A DNA stretch of 39,203 bases from Octopus bimaculoides. Taxonomy: Eukaryota. Of this stretch, positions 1-11,474 are shown piece by piece. Each line of letters begins with the position of its first letter. Positions within the stretch are counted from its first letter, which is position 1. The stretch lies in NCBI RefSeq assembly GCF_001194135.2, contig NC_068986.1:25101906-25141108 (forward strand). Direction: 5' to 3'. The position numbers were made by a program, and so were the translations under genes. The notes below the pieces were generated by a model that was given only the letters and a program-made list of their open reading frames with translations, had not been told where the DNA came from and did not search any database.

Positions 1-680
1 AAATATATATATATATGCATATATATGTGTGTGTGAGCATGCATAGGTATATGTGTGTATGTATGTGTGAGTGTGTATGTGTGGGCGTGTGTATGTGTGT
101 ATATATATATATATAAATAAATATATAAATATATATATATATGTAGAAATATTCACATGTATGTTTGACAAACAGATATTCAGCTTCACTGTGTAATTAG
201 ATTCCAATGATGCTCAGTGTGTGATTATTAAACATACACAGGCAAGCTTATTCATAGATTATCCACAAACCACTGTTTCAGTACTTTATCGCAGTATGTA
301 AGTACGTGTGTGTGTGTGCATGTGCACATATGCATGCGTGCATGTGAGTATATGCATTTGTGTGTGTATGCATATGTGTATCTTTTGGTTATACTTTTCA
401 AGTTTCTCTCCAACAGAGAAAAAGTCGGTCTTCAGCCCAGAAATAAATCTCTTTCATTGGAATTTAGACAACATCAACTAGATGGTCTATACACGTGTGT
501 GTACATATATATATAATTTGTATGTGTATGTGCTTGCAAGTGTGAGAGATTGTGTGTGCATGTATGTATGTGTGTGTGCACACATGTATATATATATATA
601 TGTGTAAGTAATTATATATATATATATATATGTGTGTGTATGTATGTATGTCTGTATGTATGTGTGTGTGTGTACGTATG
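1..680. repeat. (AT)n/(GT)n compound microsatellites
   Basis: Direct reading of dinucleotide runs. Confidence 0.9.
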
Positions 681-715
681 TATGATTTTGTAACATGCAT
701 GTTAAATTTGTATTG

Positions 716-832
716 ACACAACATAAACACAAATTTACATTTAAAAGATACCAAAGGACATAATTTAATATAGTAATAAATCTAATATTGGTTTGTTTTT
801 TTAAAGACTCCTTCAACATATATACATTTAAT
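716..832 (-). promoter_or_regulatory. Candidate polyadenylation region of retinochrome (ATTAAA x2 plus GU-rich downstream element)
   Basis: No minus-strand AATAAA seen between the stop codon and the window edge; ATTAAA at 832-827 and 769-764; GU-rich TTTGTGTTTATGTTGTGT at about 733-716. Confidence 0.3.
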
Positions 833-1061
833 AAACAATTCTGTGTCTGTATCTAAGCATATATGCATGTATTGTGTTCATGAAAACAATTTCATGTCCG
901 TATGTAGGTCTCTGCAAATTCCATGTGTCTTGGTCCGTGACTATAATTATATTTATATGTTTCTATATACGTATATTTGTTTATGTATGTAAATATGCAT
1001 ATGTGCATTCATCCTCTCTCAGCTGCACCATATTCGGTGAGCCAATAGTTTCTCAAATCAA

Positions 1062-1277
1062 TTAAGGCTTCTTGGATTCTGCTTTAGGAATGCTGCGGAT
1101 ACCAGCCACCAAGATGATCATTGGGTACAGGATGACTCCAGCTTTGGACAGGAGAGGGGCCATGGAAACGGACAAATGAGAAAGGGTGGTTCCTCCATCG
1201 GTTATTGCTGAGTAGATGGAAACGTAAGCAAATCCAGACCATGAGATTAGTGCAATAGGAATAAATACGGTTGCCAT
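1062..1277 (-). CDS. retinochrome: Retinochrome coding exon 6 (TM6-TM7-tail, chromophore Lys in APLLSKAG, ends KKP-stop)
   Basis: Acceptor TCTATCTTTTCAG, 216 nt ending in TAA; Lys296-equivalent is K269 of the spliced protein. Confidence 0.97.
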   Translation of the reverse strand: MATVFIPIALISWSGFAYVSIYSAITDGGTTLSHLSVSMAPLLSKAGVILYPMIILVAGIRSIPKAESKKP

Positions 1278-1374
1278 CTGAAAAGATAGAGACAAATGCA
1301 AGAATCTTTTAAAAATTACATTGATATATATATCAAATTCATAGGAATATGGTAAATTACAGTGTTTATACCTA

Positions 1375-1623
1375 TGCTGGTGCCACATAAAAGCACCCAG
1401 TACACTCTGTAAAGTGGTTAGCATTAGGAAGGGCATCCAGCCATAGAAATTATGCCAAAACAGACAATTGCAGCCTGGGCAGCTCTCCAGCCAGCCGGCC
1501 AGTTCCAGTTAAACCGTCCAACCCATACAAGCATGGAAAAACAAATGTTAAATGATGATGGTGGTGGTGGTGGTAGTGGCGGTGGTGATGGTGATGGTGA
1601 TGATGATGATGATGATGATGATG
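1375..1623 (+). mobile_element. Interspersed retroposon family A ending in a (GAT)n tail; further copies at about 5040-5236(+), 10062-10390(-), 17975-18310(+), 18320-18770(-), 21591-21880(-), 29845-30050(+)
   Basis: Shared core GGCATTAGGAAGGGCATCCAGC...CCAACCCATGCYAGCATGGAAAA...GTTAAA(YGA)n repeated across the window. Confidence 0.85.
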
Positions 1624-1899
1624 CATTTCTCAAAAGCATTTGCATTTAAAATGGCCATATCAACCTCTTTTGTGTTCAGACCAACATTGATACATCATAT
1701 TTACCCTACAATGTCATTCTAAAAAAATGAACAATCACATCATCGAACTCTTGTCCCAGGTGTTTATAATGATGATGATGATGGTGACAACAACGACGAC
1801 GATGATGCAGATGCTAATAACGATGTTGATGATGATGATGACGACAATGATAATGATTCTTTAGTCTCCGTTGCACCACCTCTTCTATGCTCATAGCCA

Positions 1900-2930
1900 T
1901 TATTACACTACCACATATACCACATCACTAAAACTACTACACTGCTACAGCTACTGTCACATCCTAGTACCACTACAACTTATATCACATCAACTACAAC
2001 CATAACAGAATTACAGCTACCACCATGCTACCACAACCAGTTCCACACCATTGCAATTAACATCACACCACCTTACTACTACATCCATCACTGTATCATT
2101 ACAACTACCACCTCACCACTACAATCGCCATTACTGTCTCCACCATGCCACCACAACCATCGCTATGTTCTTACAATTACCTTCACAATTACTGCGCTAC
2201 AACAACCACCGCGCCACAATTACCACCACCACAACAACCACTACTCATTACAACCATGAATGCACCACTGGAACCATCACTACAACAAACATCACCAAAC
2301 CACTAAAACTACTACTACTACTACTGCTGCTGCTAAAACTACTACTACGACCATAACTACCACTCCACTTTCTGCTATAAGTGCACTATCACCAGACCAC
2401 TACAACTTCTACTATGCCATTGCAATCCCCATCACTACTACAAGTACTACAACACCACACCACTTCAAATACTACTACACCTCTACAACTACCATCACCA
2501 CTACAACCACCATTACAACATTACAAATACCACTATACTGCTACAACTACAACCACCACCACCACAACCACCACCACCACCACCACCACATCCACCACAA
2601 CAACCACCACCACCACCTACAGCTACAATCACCACTACAACTACAATCACCACTACTACCTCCACCACCATCACCACTACAACCAGCACCACCACTACAA
2701 CCACTATCACCACTACAACTACAATCACCACTACAACCACTACAACTACGATCACCACTACAAATACTACTATATCTCTGCAAGCACCAACACACCAATG
2801 CAACCATCATCATACTACCACTCAAACACTATCAATTCCTCACCACTGCAACCACCATTCCAACACTGCAAACACCACCCCCACCATCATTACAATCATC
2901 ATTCTACTCCTTTTGTTGCCAAATGAACTG
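1900..2930. repeat. Cryptic trinucleotide (ACT/ACC/ACA) low-complexity tract with an 18-nt higher-order unit (CTACAATCACCACTACAA) at about 2615-2760
   Basis: Direct reading; explains the poly-Thr/His/Val ORFs. Confidence 0.85.
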
Positions 2931-3089
2931 AACAACAGAGTCTAATACCTTAATATGTAAAACGATACAAACTTGAGACATTTTAGCCAAGAGGCTGATA
3001 ACTTTCTGCTAAAGTTTGCCAAGACACAATAACAAGGGGACGGGGAGGAATAAATCAAATGATTCTTTGGGGGTAAACCTTCCCCCTCT

Positions 3090-3810
3090 TACACACACAC
3101 ACACATACACACAACACACATACACATACACACACACTCACAGATGTGCACACACATACACAGACACACACGCATGCACACACTCATAGATGCGCACATA
3201 TACACAGACACAGAGACACACACACGTGCACACATACACACACACATACACACAGACACACCACATACATATACAAGCATACACTCACAGATGCACACAC
3301 ACACACACACACACGTGCGTGTGCACACACACACAGACACAGAGACACACACACGCACACACACACACACATACACACAGACACACCACATACATATACA
3401 AGCATACACTCACAGATGCACACACATACACACACACACACACAGNNNNNNNNNNNNNNNNNNNNNNNNNNNNNNNNNNNNNNNNNNNNNNNNNNNNNNN
3501 NNNNNNNNNNNNNNNNNNNNNNNNNNNNNNNNNNNNNNNNNNNNNNNNNNNNNNNNNNNNNNNNNNNNNNNNNNNNNNNNNNNNNNNGCACACACACACA
3601 CACATACACACAGACACACCACATACATATACAAGCATACACTCACAGATGCACACACATACACACACACACACACAGACACAGAGACACACACACGCAC
3701 ACACACACATACACACAGACACACCACATACATATACAAGCATACACTCACAGATGCACACACATACACACATGCGCATGCGTGTGCACACACACACGCA
3801 TACACTTCTT
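3090..3810. repeat. (CA)-rich minisatellite, at least 4 copies of CACAGACACACCACATACATATACAAGCATACACTCACAGATGCACAC; contains gap 3446-3587
   Basis: Unit visible near 3250, 3375, 3610 and 3715. Confidence 0.85.
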
Positions 3811-3851
3811 AGAGTTTGAAAGAAATATGGAAACAAATAACCACCACTTAC

Positions 3852-4071
3852 AGCAGTTAGCTGCTCTTCAGATAACAAATCTCGATCTTTTTCCTTCTCA
3901 GAGTCCGACATGTTGCCAAGCGCTGTCCATGCCTTGGAGACAGCATAGCAAGATACAATGATTGGGAAAGAATAGGTCACAATAACCATTGACATGATCA
4001 AAGACTGGAAACTGTCAGTGGCATTGATATAAGAAATGGTGCAAGAGGTTCCTGTTGGCTCCAGTCCATAC
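3852..4071 (-). CDS. retinochrome: Retinochrome coding exon 5 (ECL2-TM5-ICL3: YGLEPTGTSCTISY...SEKEKDRDLLSEEQLTA)
   Basis: Acceptor ATTTTACAG, donor GCT|GTAAGT; 220 nt; contains the Glu181-equivalent (GLEP) and the ECL2 Cys. Confidence 0.97.
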
Positions 4072-4131
4072 CTGTAAAATAAATCAAAATAGAAGTGAAT
4101 TTAGAGTATGTATGTTTATGGTGATGGCGTG

Positions 4132-4380
4132 TGGCCTCGTGGTTAGGCTGTTGCACTCATAAATGTGAGATCATGGGTTCAATTCCCAGACTGAGTGGCA
4201 TGTTGGGTGCTTGGGCATAACAATGCATTTCATGTTGCTCCAGTATTCCTGTCAATCAGTGGGGGGAGGAGAATGTTGGTCTGCTTACCTGGCCAGTGGA
4301 TGGTTAAAATGATGCAAAGTGCATTGTGACCAGTGGTGTGTAACATCATCTAAGAGTCTGATCGGTCACGAGATCACATG
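4132..4380 (+). mobile_element. tRNA-derived CORE-type SINE; related CORE-type SINEs at about 9460-9625(-), 15020-15160(-), 22125-22235(-), 30580-30735(-), 31305-31455(+)
   Basis: A box TGGCCTCGTGGTTAGG, B box GGTTCAATTCC, CORE-like GTGCTTGGGCA segment. Confidence 0.7.
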
Positions 4381-4836
4381 TGTTTATGAGAGGGAAAGAG
4401 AACAAGAGATTGTGATTGTGAGAGACAGTAAGTTTATCTGGATATGTATGAGAAAGTGAGAGAGAGAGAGAGAGAGAAAGAGAAGGGAAGTATATTTATG
4501 GGTACATCAGAGGCAGGGAGCATGCTTGAGAGTGTGTGTGAGAGAAAACATACTTGTGAGTGTGATAGGAAGTGAGAGAGAGAGAGAGAGAGAGAGATAG
4601 AGAGAGAGGAAAAGAGAGTGGGAAAGCATGTTTGTGTGTGTATGTGAGAGAGAAAGAGAGGAAAAGAGAGGGCAGTAGAGAGAGAAAGCATGTTTATGTA
4701 TGTGTGTGAGAGAGAGCGAGAAAAAGAGAGGACGGTAAAGAGGGAGCATGTGTGTGTGTGTGGATGCATGTGTGTGTGTGTGTGTGCGCATGTGTGTGTA
4801 TGGGTAAATGTATAAGAAAAGAGAGAGAGAAAACTG

Positions 4837-4885
<49 letters not shown>

Positions 4886-5258
4886 TAAGAGAGAGAACAC
4901 ACACACTACTATTTTGGTAGAGTTAAATGGCCACAGTTAATGTACTAAAGGTTAACTATTTGAAAGGGCATAAAGCCACCTCATTTAATACTACTCCTCA
5001 CTCAGCTGAAGGGTGTCTTGTCTTGTGAGTTATTTGGTGACCTTGCTAGTTCCAGTGCCAAGTGAAAGCACCCAGTACACTTTGTAACACTTTGGTATTA
5101 AGAAATGCATCCAGCCACAGAAACCATGCAAAAGCAGACATTGTTGTTTGGTGCAGTCCTCTGGCTTGACAGCTCTTGTTGAATCATCCAACCCGTGCCA
5201 GCATGGAAAACAGATGTTAAATGATAATGATAATGACCAAGTTTCAAAGAATACTTAC

Positions 5259-5355
5259 TCGCCCCATCCCAGAAGAGGCATGACAGCCCAGAAAGTACCG
5301 ACTGAATACATAGCAGCAAACAACAAGGTGTAGTAAATGGAAGGCATTCTTTTGT
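5259..5355 (-). CDS. retinochrome: Retinochrome coding exon 4 (ICL2-TM4: YKRMPSIYYTLLFAAMYSVGTFWAVMPLLGWGE)
   Basis: Acceptor TTTCTAATTCCAG, donor GA|GTAAGT; 97 nt; W..MPLLGW opsin motif; not present in the supplied ORF track. Confidence 0.95.
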
Positions 5356-5482
5356 CTGGAATTAGAAACAATAGCATAATTCAATATTATTCATATGGAA
5401 AACATCATGGATAGTATCCTTAAGAAAGTTTAACAAACATATAGAATAATATAAAACATTAACACAGAAATACATTTTACAA

Positions 5483-5872
5483 TTGTTGTTGTTGTTGGCA
5501 CTCCGTCGCTTACGATGTCGAGGGTTCCAGTTGATCCGATCAACGGAACAGCCTGCTCGTGATATCAACGTGCAAGTGGCTGAGCACTCCACAGACACGT
5601 GTACCCTTAACGCAGTTCTCGGGGATATTCAACGTGACACAGTGTGACAAGGCTGACCCTTTGAATTGCAAGCACAACAGAAACAAGAAGTAAGAATGAG
5701 AGAAAGTTGTGATGAAAGAGTACAGCAGGGTTCGCCACCATCACCTGCCGGAGCCTCGTGGAACTTTAGGTGTTTTCGCTCAATAAACACTTGCAACGCC
5801 CGGTCTGGGAATCGAAACTGCGATCCTATGACCACGAGTCCACTGCCCTAACCACTGGGCCATTGCGCCTCC
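5483..5872 (-). mobile_element. Full-length tRNA-headed SINE with (CAA)n tail; second copy at 35377-35652 (+, head hidden in gap)
   Basis: Minus strand begins GGAGGCGCAATGGCCCAGTGGTTAGGGCAG...GTTTCGATTCCCAGACC (A and B boxes) and ends GGAGTGCCAACAACAACAA; the two copies are highly similar. Confidence 0.88.
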
Positions 5873-6399
5873 TGCATTTTACAATAACACCACTGCAAAG
5901 GACTATGGTAATGGATTGTGGAAACCATTGGGTCAAGTGTTGGAGTATGCACTGTTGCAGCAAACTGCTGCATTCACCATTAGTCGGTATATTTCCAGGT
6001 CCTTCTGAGTGACTTGTCAAGCAGAATCCCAATCAATTCCCATCTCTGCAAGGTACCTCCTCATTTGCCATGACCATGTGGTATGTGGTCAACCAACACA
6101 AGCCGTCAACCCAGCCAGATACTCAGTAAAGATATCTGTGCAGGAGGTCAAAGGTTTGGGTCTTTAGGTCTCTGGTCCTCCCTGTTCTGATGTAACACTG
6201 CAAGACTTGGACACTGTCCAGGGCCCTTAGGAGCTGCCTGAACTCCTTTGGTACCAGGATATTTTGCACAATTATGAGTTACCATTGGTTGGATTTTGTA
6301 TCCAACAAACAACACAACTCAGAAACGGGTGCATCCTGTTACATGCATGATTTAGGAGCACCAGCTCACACTATTTGACCAAATCATTAGAGTCATCTT

Positions 6400-7330
6400 A
6401 GACTGTTTGGCCAAATCCTTAGAGCACTGGACAAAAGACCTGCAGTATTATTTTTCTGAGTTCAAATCTTACCAGTGTCAACTTTATTTTCTATTCCTTC
6501 TGAGGTCAATAAAATATAGTACCAGTCAAATAGCCTAGCACTGGATTCCATTTAGCATTCCCATAAATCAGGAGTTCCTAACATCTTTCATTCCTTTTAT
6601 CTCCTGGTAACTTTTTGAAGGTAGATTTACCTTTCACTCTGTTTTATTCAGTAAACCACATGAAAAGCATTCATGTAAGCATATTATTCAATTGGTTCCT
6701 TTGATGTTGTAAATGCAATGAAACAAATCTAGCCAAAGTACATCATTCCTTCCCACCTCTTCACTATCAGGTCAACAAACAATTCCTGATGATTTCCTTC
6801 ACAGGTGCTATGTCCTTGTTATAGAATTTTCAGAGGAAAATACAATGGTGATTTCACATTACATTCCTTCTGATAATAGTTTGAGATACCATCTTGTTGT
6901 TAGGACACAGACTTGCTCACCACACTTACCTTGGCACTCAGACCATAAAGAGCCAGAACAAATATCACAAAGCAATTTGTCCAATGCTCTTTACAATTCT
7001 GCTAAAAGAAATTAAAAAATAAACAGAAAAAATCCGATGCCCTTGACTGGTATTGTTTTATGAATTTCTGAAGAATGGAAGGTAAAGTAGATCTCAGCAA
7101 TGTTTAAACCTGGAATACAAAGTCAGGACAAGTTCCACAAAGCAATTTGTCCAATGCTCCTAACTAGTACTTTATTTTATCAATCCCTGAAGGTTGACAG
7201 ATAAAGCTGACCTCACCAAGATTTGAACCTAGAACATAAAGAACTAGAACATATACACACCACAAAGCATTTTGTCCAATGCCCTAAAAATTCTGTTCAT
7301 TCATTCACTGCCTTTTTACCAAAACTGCTA
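6400..7330. mobile_element. Cluster of decayed, partly tandem tRNA-SINE fragments (Nin/Deu-domain-like family); better copies at about 8160-8385, 22500-22720, 30060-30200, 34270-34479
   Basis: Recurrent ACAAAGCAATTTGTCCAATGC (6965, 7137, 7262) and GAATTTGAACTCAG (reverse B box); in the reverse orientation the better copies show GCCTTTCATCCTTTC..GTCGAT.AA.TAAGTACCAG. Confidence 0.65.
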
Positions 7331-7631
7331 GACAACAAAAAACAATTTTTTTTTCTTTTCTACTATAGAAATCCAATCTATTATCAGATAATGAAAACTC
7401 TCTTAACCCTTTGACAACATAATTAGATTTCAATTATCGTCCAAAAAATAACATTGGTATTTTCTGCTTCTGCAATAATTTTTCAGTATCTCCTGTAGGT
7501 ACAATTTTCATAGCTTTCACCAAAAGTATTTGATTATTGTTCTGTAAAGGGATATTTGATGAAATATGTGAAAGGAAGGATAGGAAAATATTAGATTTAT
7601 AAGACCTAAAATTCACTCCATAATTGCCCAT

Positions 7632-7900
7632 GGGCATATGGCATAGTGGTTAGGAGTGCAAGCTGCTAACCCCCAAGATTCCAAGTTCGATTCCAGGCAG
7701 TGACCTGAATAATAATAATAATCATAACATCAGAAAAATACCTTAGGAATGAGAACCCAGGTTCGAAATTCCCCCAGAACACCTGATGAAGGCTGGAGAG
7801 AAAATCAGCCAAAATGTGTTAACAACAAAAAAGATGATGACAAATATCCATCAAATGTAAATAATGTACATAATTCCTCATCTCTCGAATATAGAACTGT
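7632..7900 (+). mobile_element. tRNA-headed SINE whose body contains a decayed hammerhead ribozyme motif
   Basis: A box TGGCATAGTGG (7639-7649), B box GTTCGATTC (7685-7693); AACAC-CTGATGA-A-GGCTG-loop-CAGCC-AAAAT-GTGTT at 7778-7820. Confidence 0.75.
7778..7820 (+). ncRNA. Degenerate minimal type-I hammerhead ribozyme (Penelope-like)
   Basis: CTGATGA at 7783-7789; stem II GGCTG/CAGCC; stem I AACAC/GTGTT; the GAAAC box reads AAAAT (two CpG-type transitions). Confidence 0.55.
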
Positions 7901-8904
7901 ACGTGAAACAATTACGAAAATCTGAAAAATTGTCTTTTGTAAAAGGTGTCACTGAGAATATCTCCACTTCTGGCTGTAAAAGGAGAGGTTTTTTCAATGC
8001 CTTTGTGTAAAACTGCTTTCTGCAGTTAACAGTAGTGAAATTTTGATCCAGTTTCCACATTCAAAGGGTTAAAAATGTGTCTTTGATGTATTTTGTTGAC
8101 GTCTGTATTATAAATATTAGAAATGTATGTAACCATCATCATACTTATCTTCATAATAATAATAATCATTTCTATTATAGGCACAAGGCCTGGATTTTTA
8201 GGGGACTGGGGGAACAATCGATCACATCAACCCCAGTATGCAACTGGTACTTAATTTATCGATCCTGGAAGGATGAAAGCAAAGTCAACCTCAGCAGAAT
8301 TTGAACTCAGAACACAAAGACAAATGAAATGCCGCTAAGCATTTTACCCACCATGTTAATGATTCTGCCATCTTGCCACCTTACAACGTTAACAATTAAT
8401 AGCATGTACTAAGTATATAGTAATTGTACAGATAGATTGTTTTGGATTAATAAAATAATATGAGATTACACCAACTGCTGTGCATTCAAAAGAATTCCTA
8501 ACTATTAAGTATCAAACCATTTAGCATTTAAAGCAGTTGTTAATTTAAAAAATATTATTGTTATTGATTACTATGATAGCTATAATTATTATAATAGCTA
8601 TAGAACATTGATTATTATGATTATTATGATAGCTATAAAACATTGTTATGCAACTGTCATCATCAGAAGCAGCATTGTTATCACTATCATCATCACCATA
8701 ATTATTGCTGCTACCACCACCACCACCACTATTACTATCATCATCGTTGTCGTTGTCATCATCATCACCACTAACTCTGCCATCGCTATCACCATAAAGA
8801 AAGTCCAAAACATTAAGACGCTTCATATTCTGCTTCAACTTCTCGAACATTCCACAAGCATATTTGATGACACCAAAAAATGCATGAGTAGGGCACCGCC
8901 TTAC

Positions 8905-9360
8905 TCTTTTACTTGTTTCAGTCATTTTGACTGCGGCCATGCTGGAACACCACCTTTAGTCAAGCAAATCGACCCCAGGACTTATTTTTTGTAAGCCTAG
9001 TACTTATTCTATCAGTCTCTTTTGTCGAACCGCTAAGTTACGGGGACGTAAACACACCAGCATCGGTTGTCATGCGATGTTGGGGAGACAAACACAGACA
9101 CACAAACATATACACACACACACATTATATTTATCTATATCCTTTTATTTGTTTCAGTCACTTGACCGCGGCCATGCTGGAGCACCACATTTAGTCATGC
9201 AAATCGACCCCGGGACTTATTCTTTGCAAGGCTAGTACTTATTCTATTGGTCTCTTTTGCCAAACCGCTAAGTTACGGGGACATAAACACACCAGCATCG
9301 GTTGTCAAGCAATGTTGGGAGGGACAAACACAGACACACAAACACATACATACACATACA
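8905..9360 (+). mobile_element. Two tandem copies of SINE family B (GGCCATGCTGGAGCACC...GACCCCAGGACTTATTC...GCTAAGTTACGGGGAC); others at about 19805-20035(+), 20940-21135(-), 30270-30490(+)
   Basis: Near-identical ~210-nt segments recurring across the window. Confidence 0.85.
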
Positions 9361-10449
9361 TACATACATATATATATATNNNNNNNNNNNNNNNNNNNNN
9401 NNNNNNNNNNNNNNNNNNNNNNNNNNNNNNNNNNNNNNNNNNNNNNNNNNNNNNNNNTATATGACAGGCTTCTTTCAGTTTCTGTCTACCAAATCCACTC
9501 ACAAGGCTTTGGTCGGCCCAAGGCTATAGTAGAAGACACTTGCCCAATGTACCATGCAGTTGGACTGAACCCGGAACCATGTGGTTGGTAAGCAAACTAC
9601 TTACCACACAGCCACTCCTGCGCCTATATATTTATATAATCTGAATGCTAAAGGGTTAAGCTTAGTAAAAATGATAAGATGGCCAAAGTGTTATGTATTT
9701 GATCACAGATTCATTCAGTGAGGATGGACTTGGAACTAAACAGTAGCCATCACCACCAACTCAATACTAAAAGCAGCACTGCCATAGTAATCACATTTGT
9801 TATATAGGCTATCAAAAGGTTCATTTACACACCAAAGAAGGTTAATACAATCAGCATTCAAAAGTAGCTTACTTGTTAATAGGATTAGAGTTTTAGATTC
9901 ATTGAGGTGGAAGAATTTTTGAATTCAAATCTGATCAAATACTTTCACACATTCAAACACACAAATAAAAAAAACCCAATGTGTCCTCTAAGTTTTTTTG
10001 TGAGTATGCATAGAAATTTGCTTCTGTATAAATTTTGTCTTTCTTTACAGTGTGTGTACACATCATCATCATCGTCATCATCGTCGTTTAACGTCTGCTT
10101 TCCATGCTAGCATGGGTTGGACGATTTGACTGAGGACTGGTGAACCAGATGGCTACACAAGGTTCCAATCTGATCTGGCAGAGTTTCTACAGCTGAATGC
10201 CCTTCCTAATGCCAACCACTCTGAGAGTGTAGTGGGTGCTTTTACGTGCCACCGGCACGAAGGCCAGTCAGGAGGTACTGGCAATGGCCATGCTCAAAAT
10301 GGTGTATTTTACAAGCCACCTGCACAGTCCAGCGGCACTGGCAATGGTCTCACTCTAATGACTTTTCACGTGCCAGGAAGGTGACACTAATTATGAATAA
10401 ACATCTTTAATTAAAAATATTTGATTGGAGACTGGATATTGTAATTATA

Positions 10450-10790
10450 AATTTGGACATTACCACCAAACACACTTGAGCAATGTAATCATGAAAAAAA
10501 TGGGCATTATCATTAAACATTGAGCATTATTATCATAAAAATTGGATGTTATCAGCACAGAGCTTAGCACTGCAATAATGAAAATGAACTTTATCATCTT
10601 ACACTGGAGCACAGTAATCACAAATATGAACATTATCAAACACCTGAGCAATTTTATTACAAAAGCAGGCATTACCACTACACATCAGAGCATTGTAGTT
10701 ACAAATATGAATATTATTATCACATATCTGAATATGAATTACAAAAAGTAAGCATAACATTATACATCTCAGAAATTTAGTCCAAAAATG
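10450..10790. repeat. Old degenerate ~40-nt tandem repeat (7-8 units, most starting GAGCA)
   Basis: Units such as GAGCACAGTAATCACAAATATGAACATTATCAAACACCT and GAGCATTGTAGTTACAAATATGAATATTATTATCACATATCT. Confidence 0.6.
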
Positions 10791-10805
10791 TAACAAAACA
10801 CTCAC

Positions 10806-10933
10806 AGAATTCTCTATGGCAAGTGGCAACATATCGTTCAATACAAAATGCAAACAGCATCCATATGTGGGAAATTCCAACAACAAATCCAATAAATCCA
10901 TAGAAGTGGCAGCCAAAATTTCCAAAAAGCCAT
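10806..10933 (-). CDS. retinochrome: Retinochrome coding exon 3 (TM3: WLFGNFGCHFYGFIGFVVGISHIWMLFAFCIERYVATCHREF)
   Basis: Acceptor TTCCTGCAG, donor T|GTGAGT; 128 nt; disulfide Cys and ERY motif. Confidence 0.97.
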
Positions 10934-11474
10934 CTGCAGGAATACAAGGAACAATGATTATTTCTGCCCAATAGAGAACTTACCAATATGCTATAGAAAT
11001 GATTTTAAAAAATTAGGCAAAAATCACAAGAAATTTTGCATTTTCATTTTTCATTTCATTAAGAATTATGATCAAAGTAATTGTTTAGTTTGTTTTAAAG
11101 GCCGGGAATGGTGAAAGGCAAACTTGGCCTCCACAGGATTTGAACTCAAGTCTGGAAAAATATTCCAAAGCAATTTTTTTCTGATGTTCTAATAATTCTG
11201 CTAGCTCACAAATGTGTATTTTTTATTCCTGAACTAGTTGCTATGATGGTAAAGGGATCTTACTGAACTGAAAGATACAAAACCCAATAAAAATCCTACA
11301 GAGAACAGAATCATAAAAACATACTGCAACTTTAAAATATTCAAAGAAAGAAAAATTTAGGTGAAACCTGGAATGGAAGATAGCAGTCTATTGATTAAGA
11401 AAAACCTTCAGTTAAATCCCTGTTACAGGTACAATATCACTCTATATCATATTATTTATTATAATATTATTCAT

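Larger units (their letters stand above)
7407..8068. mobile_element. piggyBac-like non-autonomous element (TTAA target duplication, CCCTTTGA termini) carrying a nested SINE
   Basis: TTAA(7403-7406)-CCCTTTGA ... TCAAAGGG(8061-8068)-TTAA(8069-8072). Confidence 0.65.

Noticed and set aside
380-445. Minus-strand CTGAAGA...GAAAC-TTGAAAA-GTA hammerhead-like match downstream of the stop codon
   Set aside because: Stem III and a CCGAC/GTTGG stem exist, but three extra nucleotides separate stem II from GAAA and no stem I forms adjacent to the core
310-4940. Many long ORFs rich in His/Thr/Val/Cys/Tyr
   Set aside because: They are translations of (CA)n, (TA)n, (GA)n and trinucleotide tracts with no domain content; only the real exons inside them are retained
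5790-5872. tRNA-like sequences (also at 4132, 7632, 31305)
   Set aside because: A and B boxes are present but the acceptor stems are incomplete and each continues into a repeated body; these are SINE heads, not tRNA genes
5880-6350. GC-richer non-microsatellite block, possibly an old LINE
   Set aside because: No recognisable motif in any frame by eye; left unannotated pending a profile search
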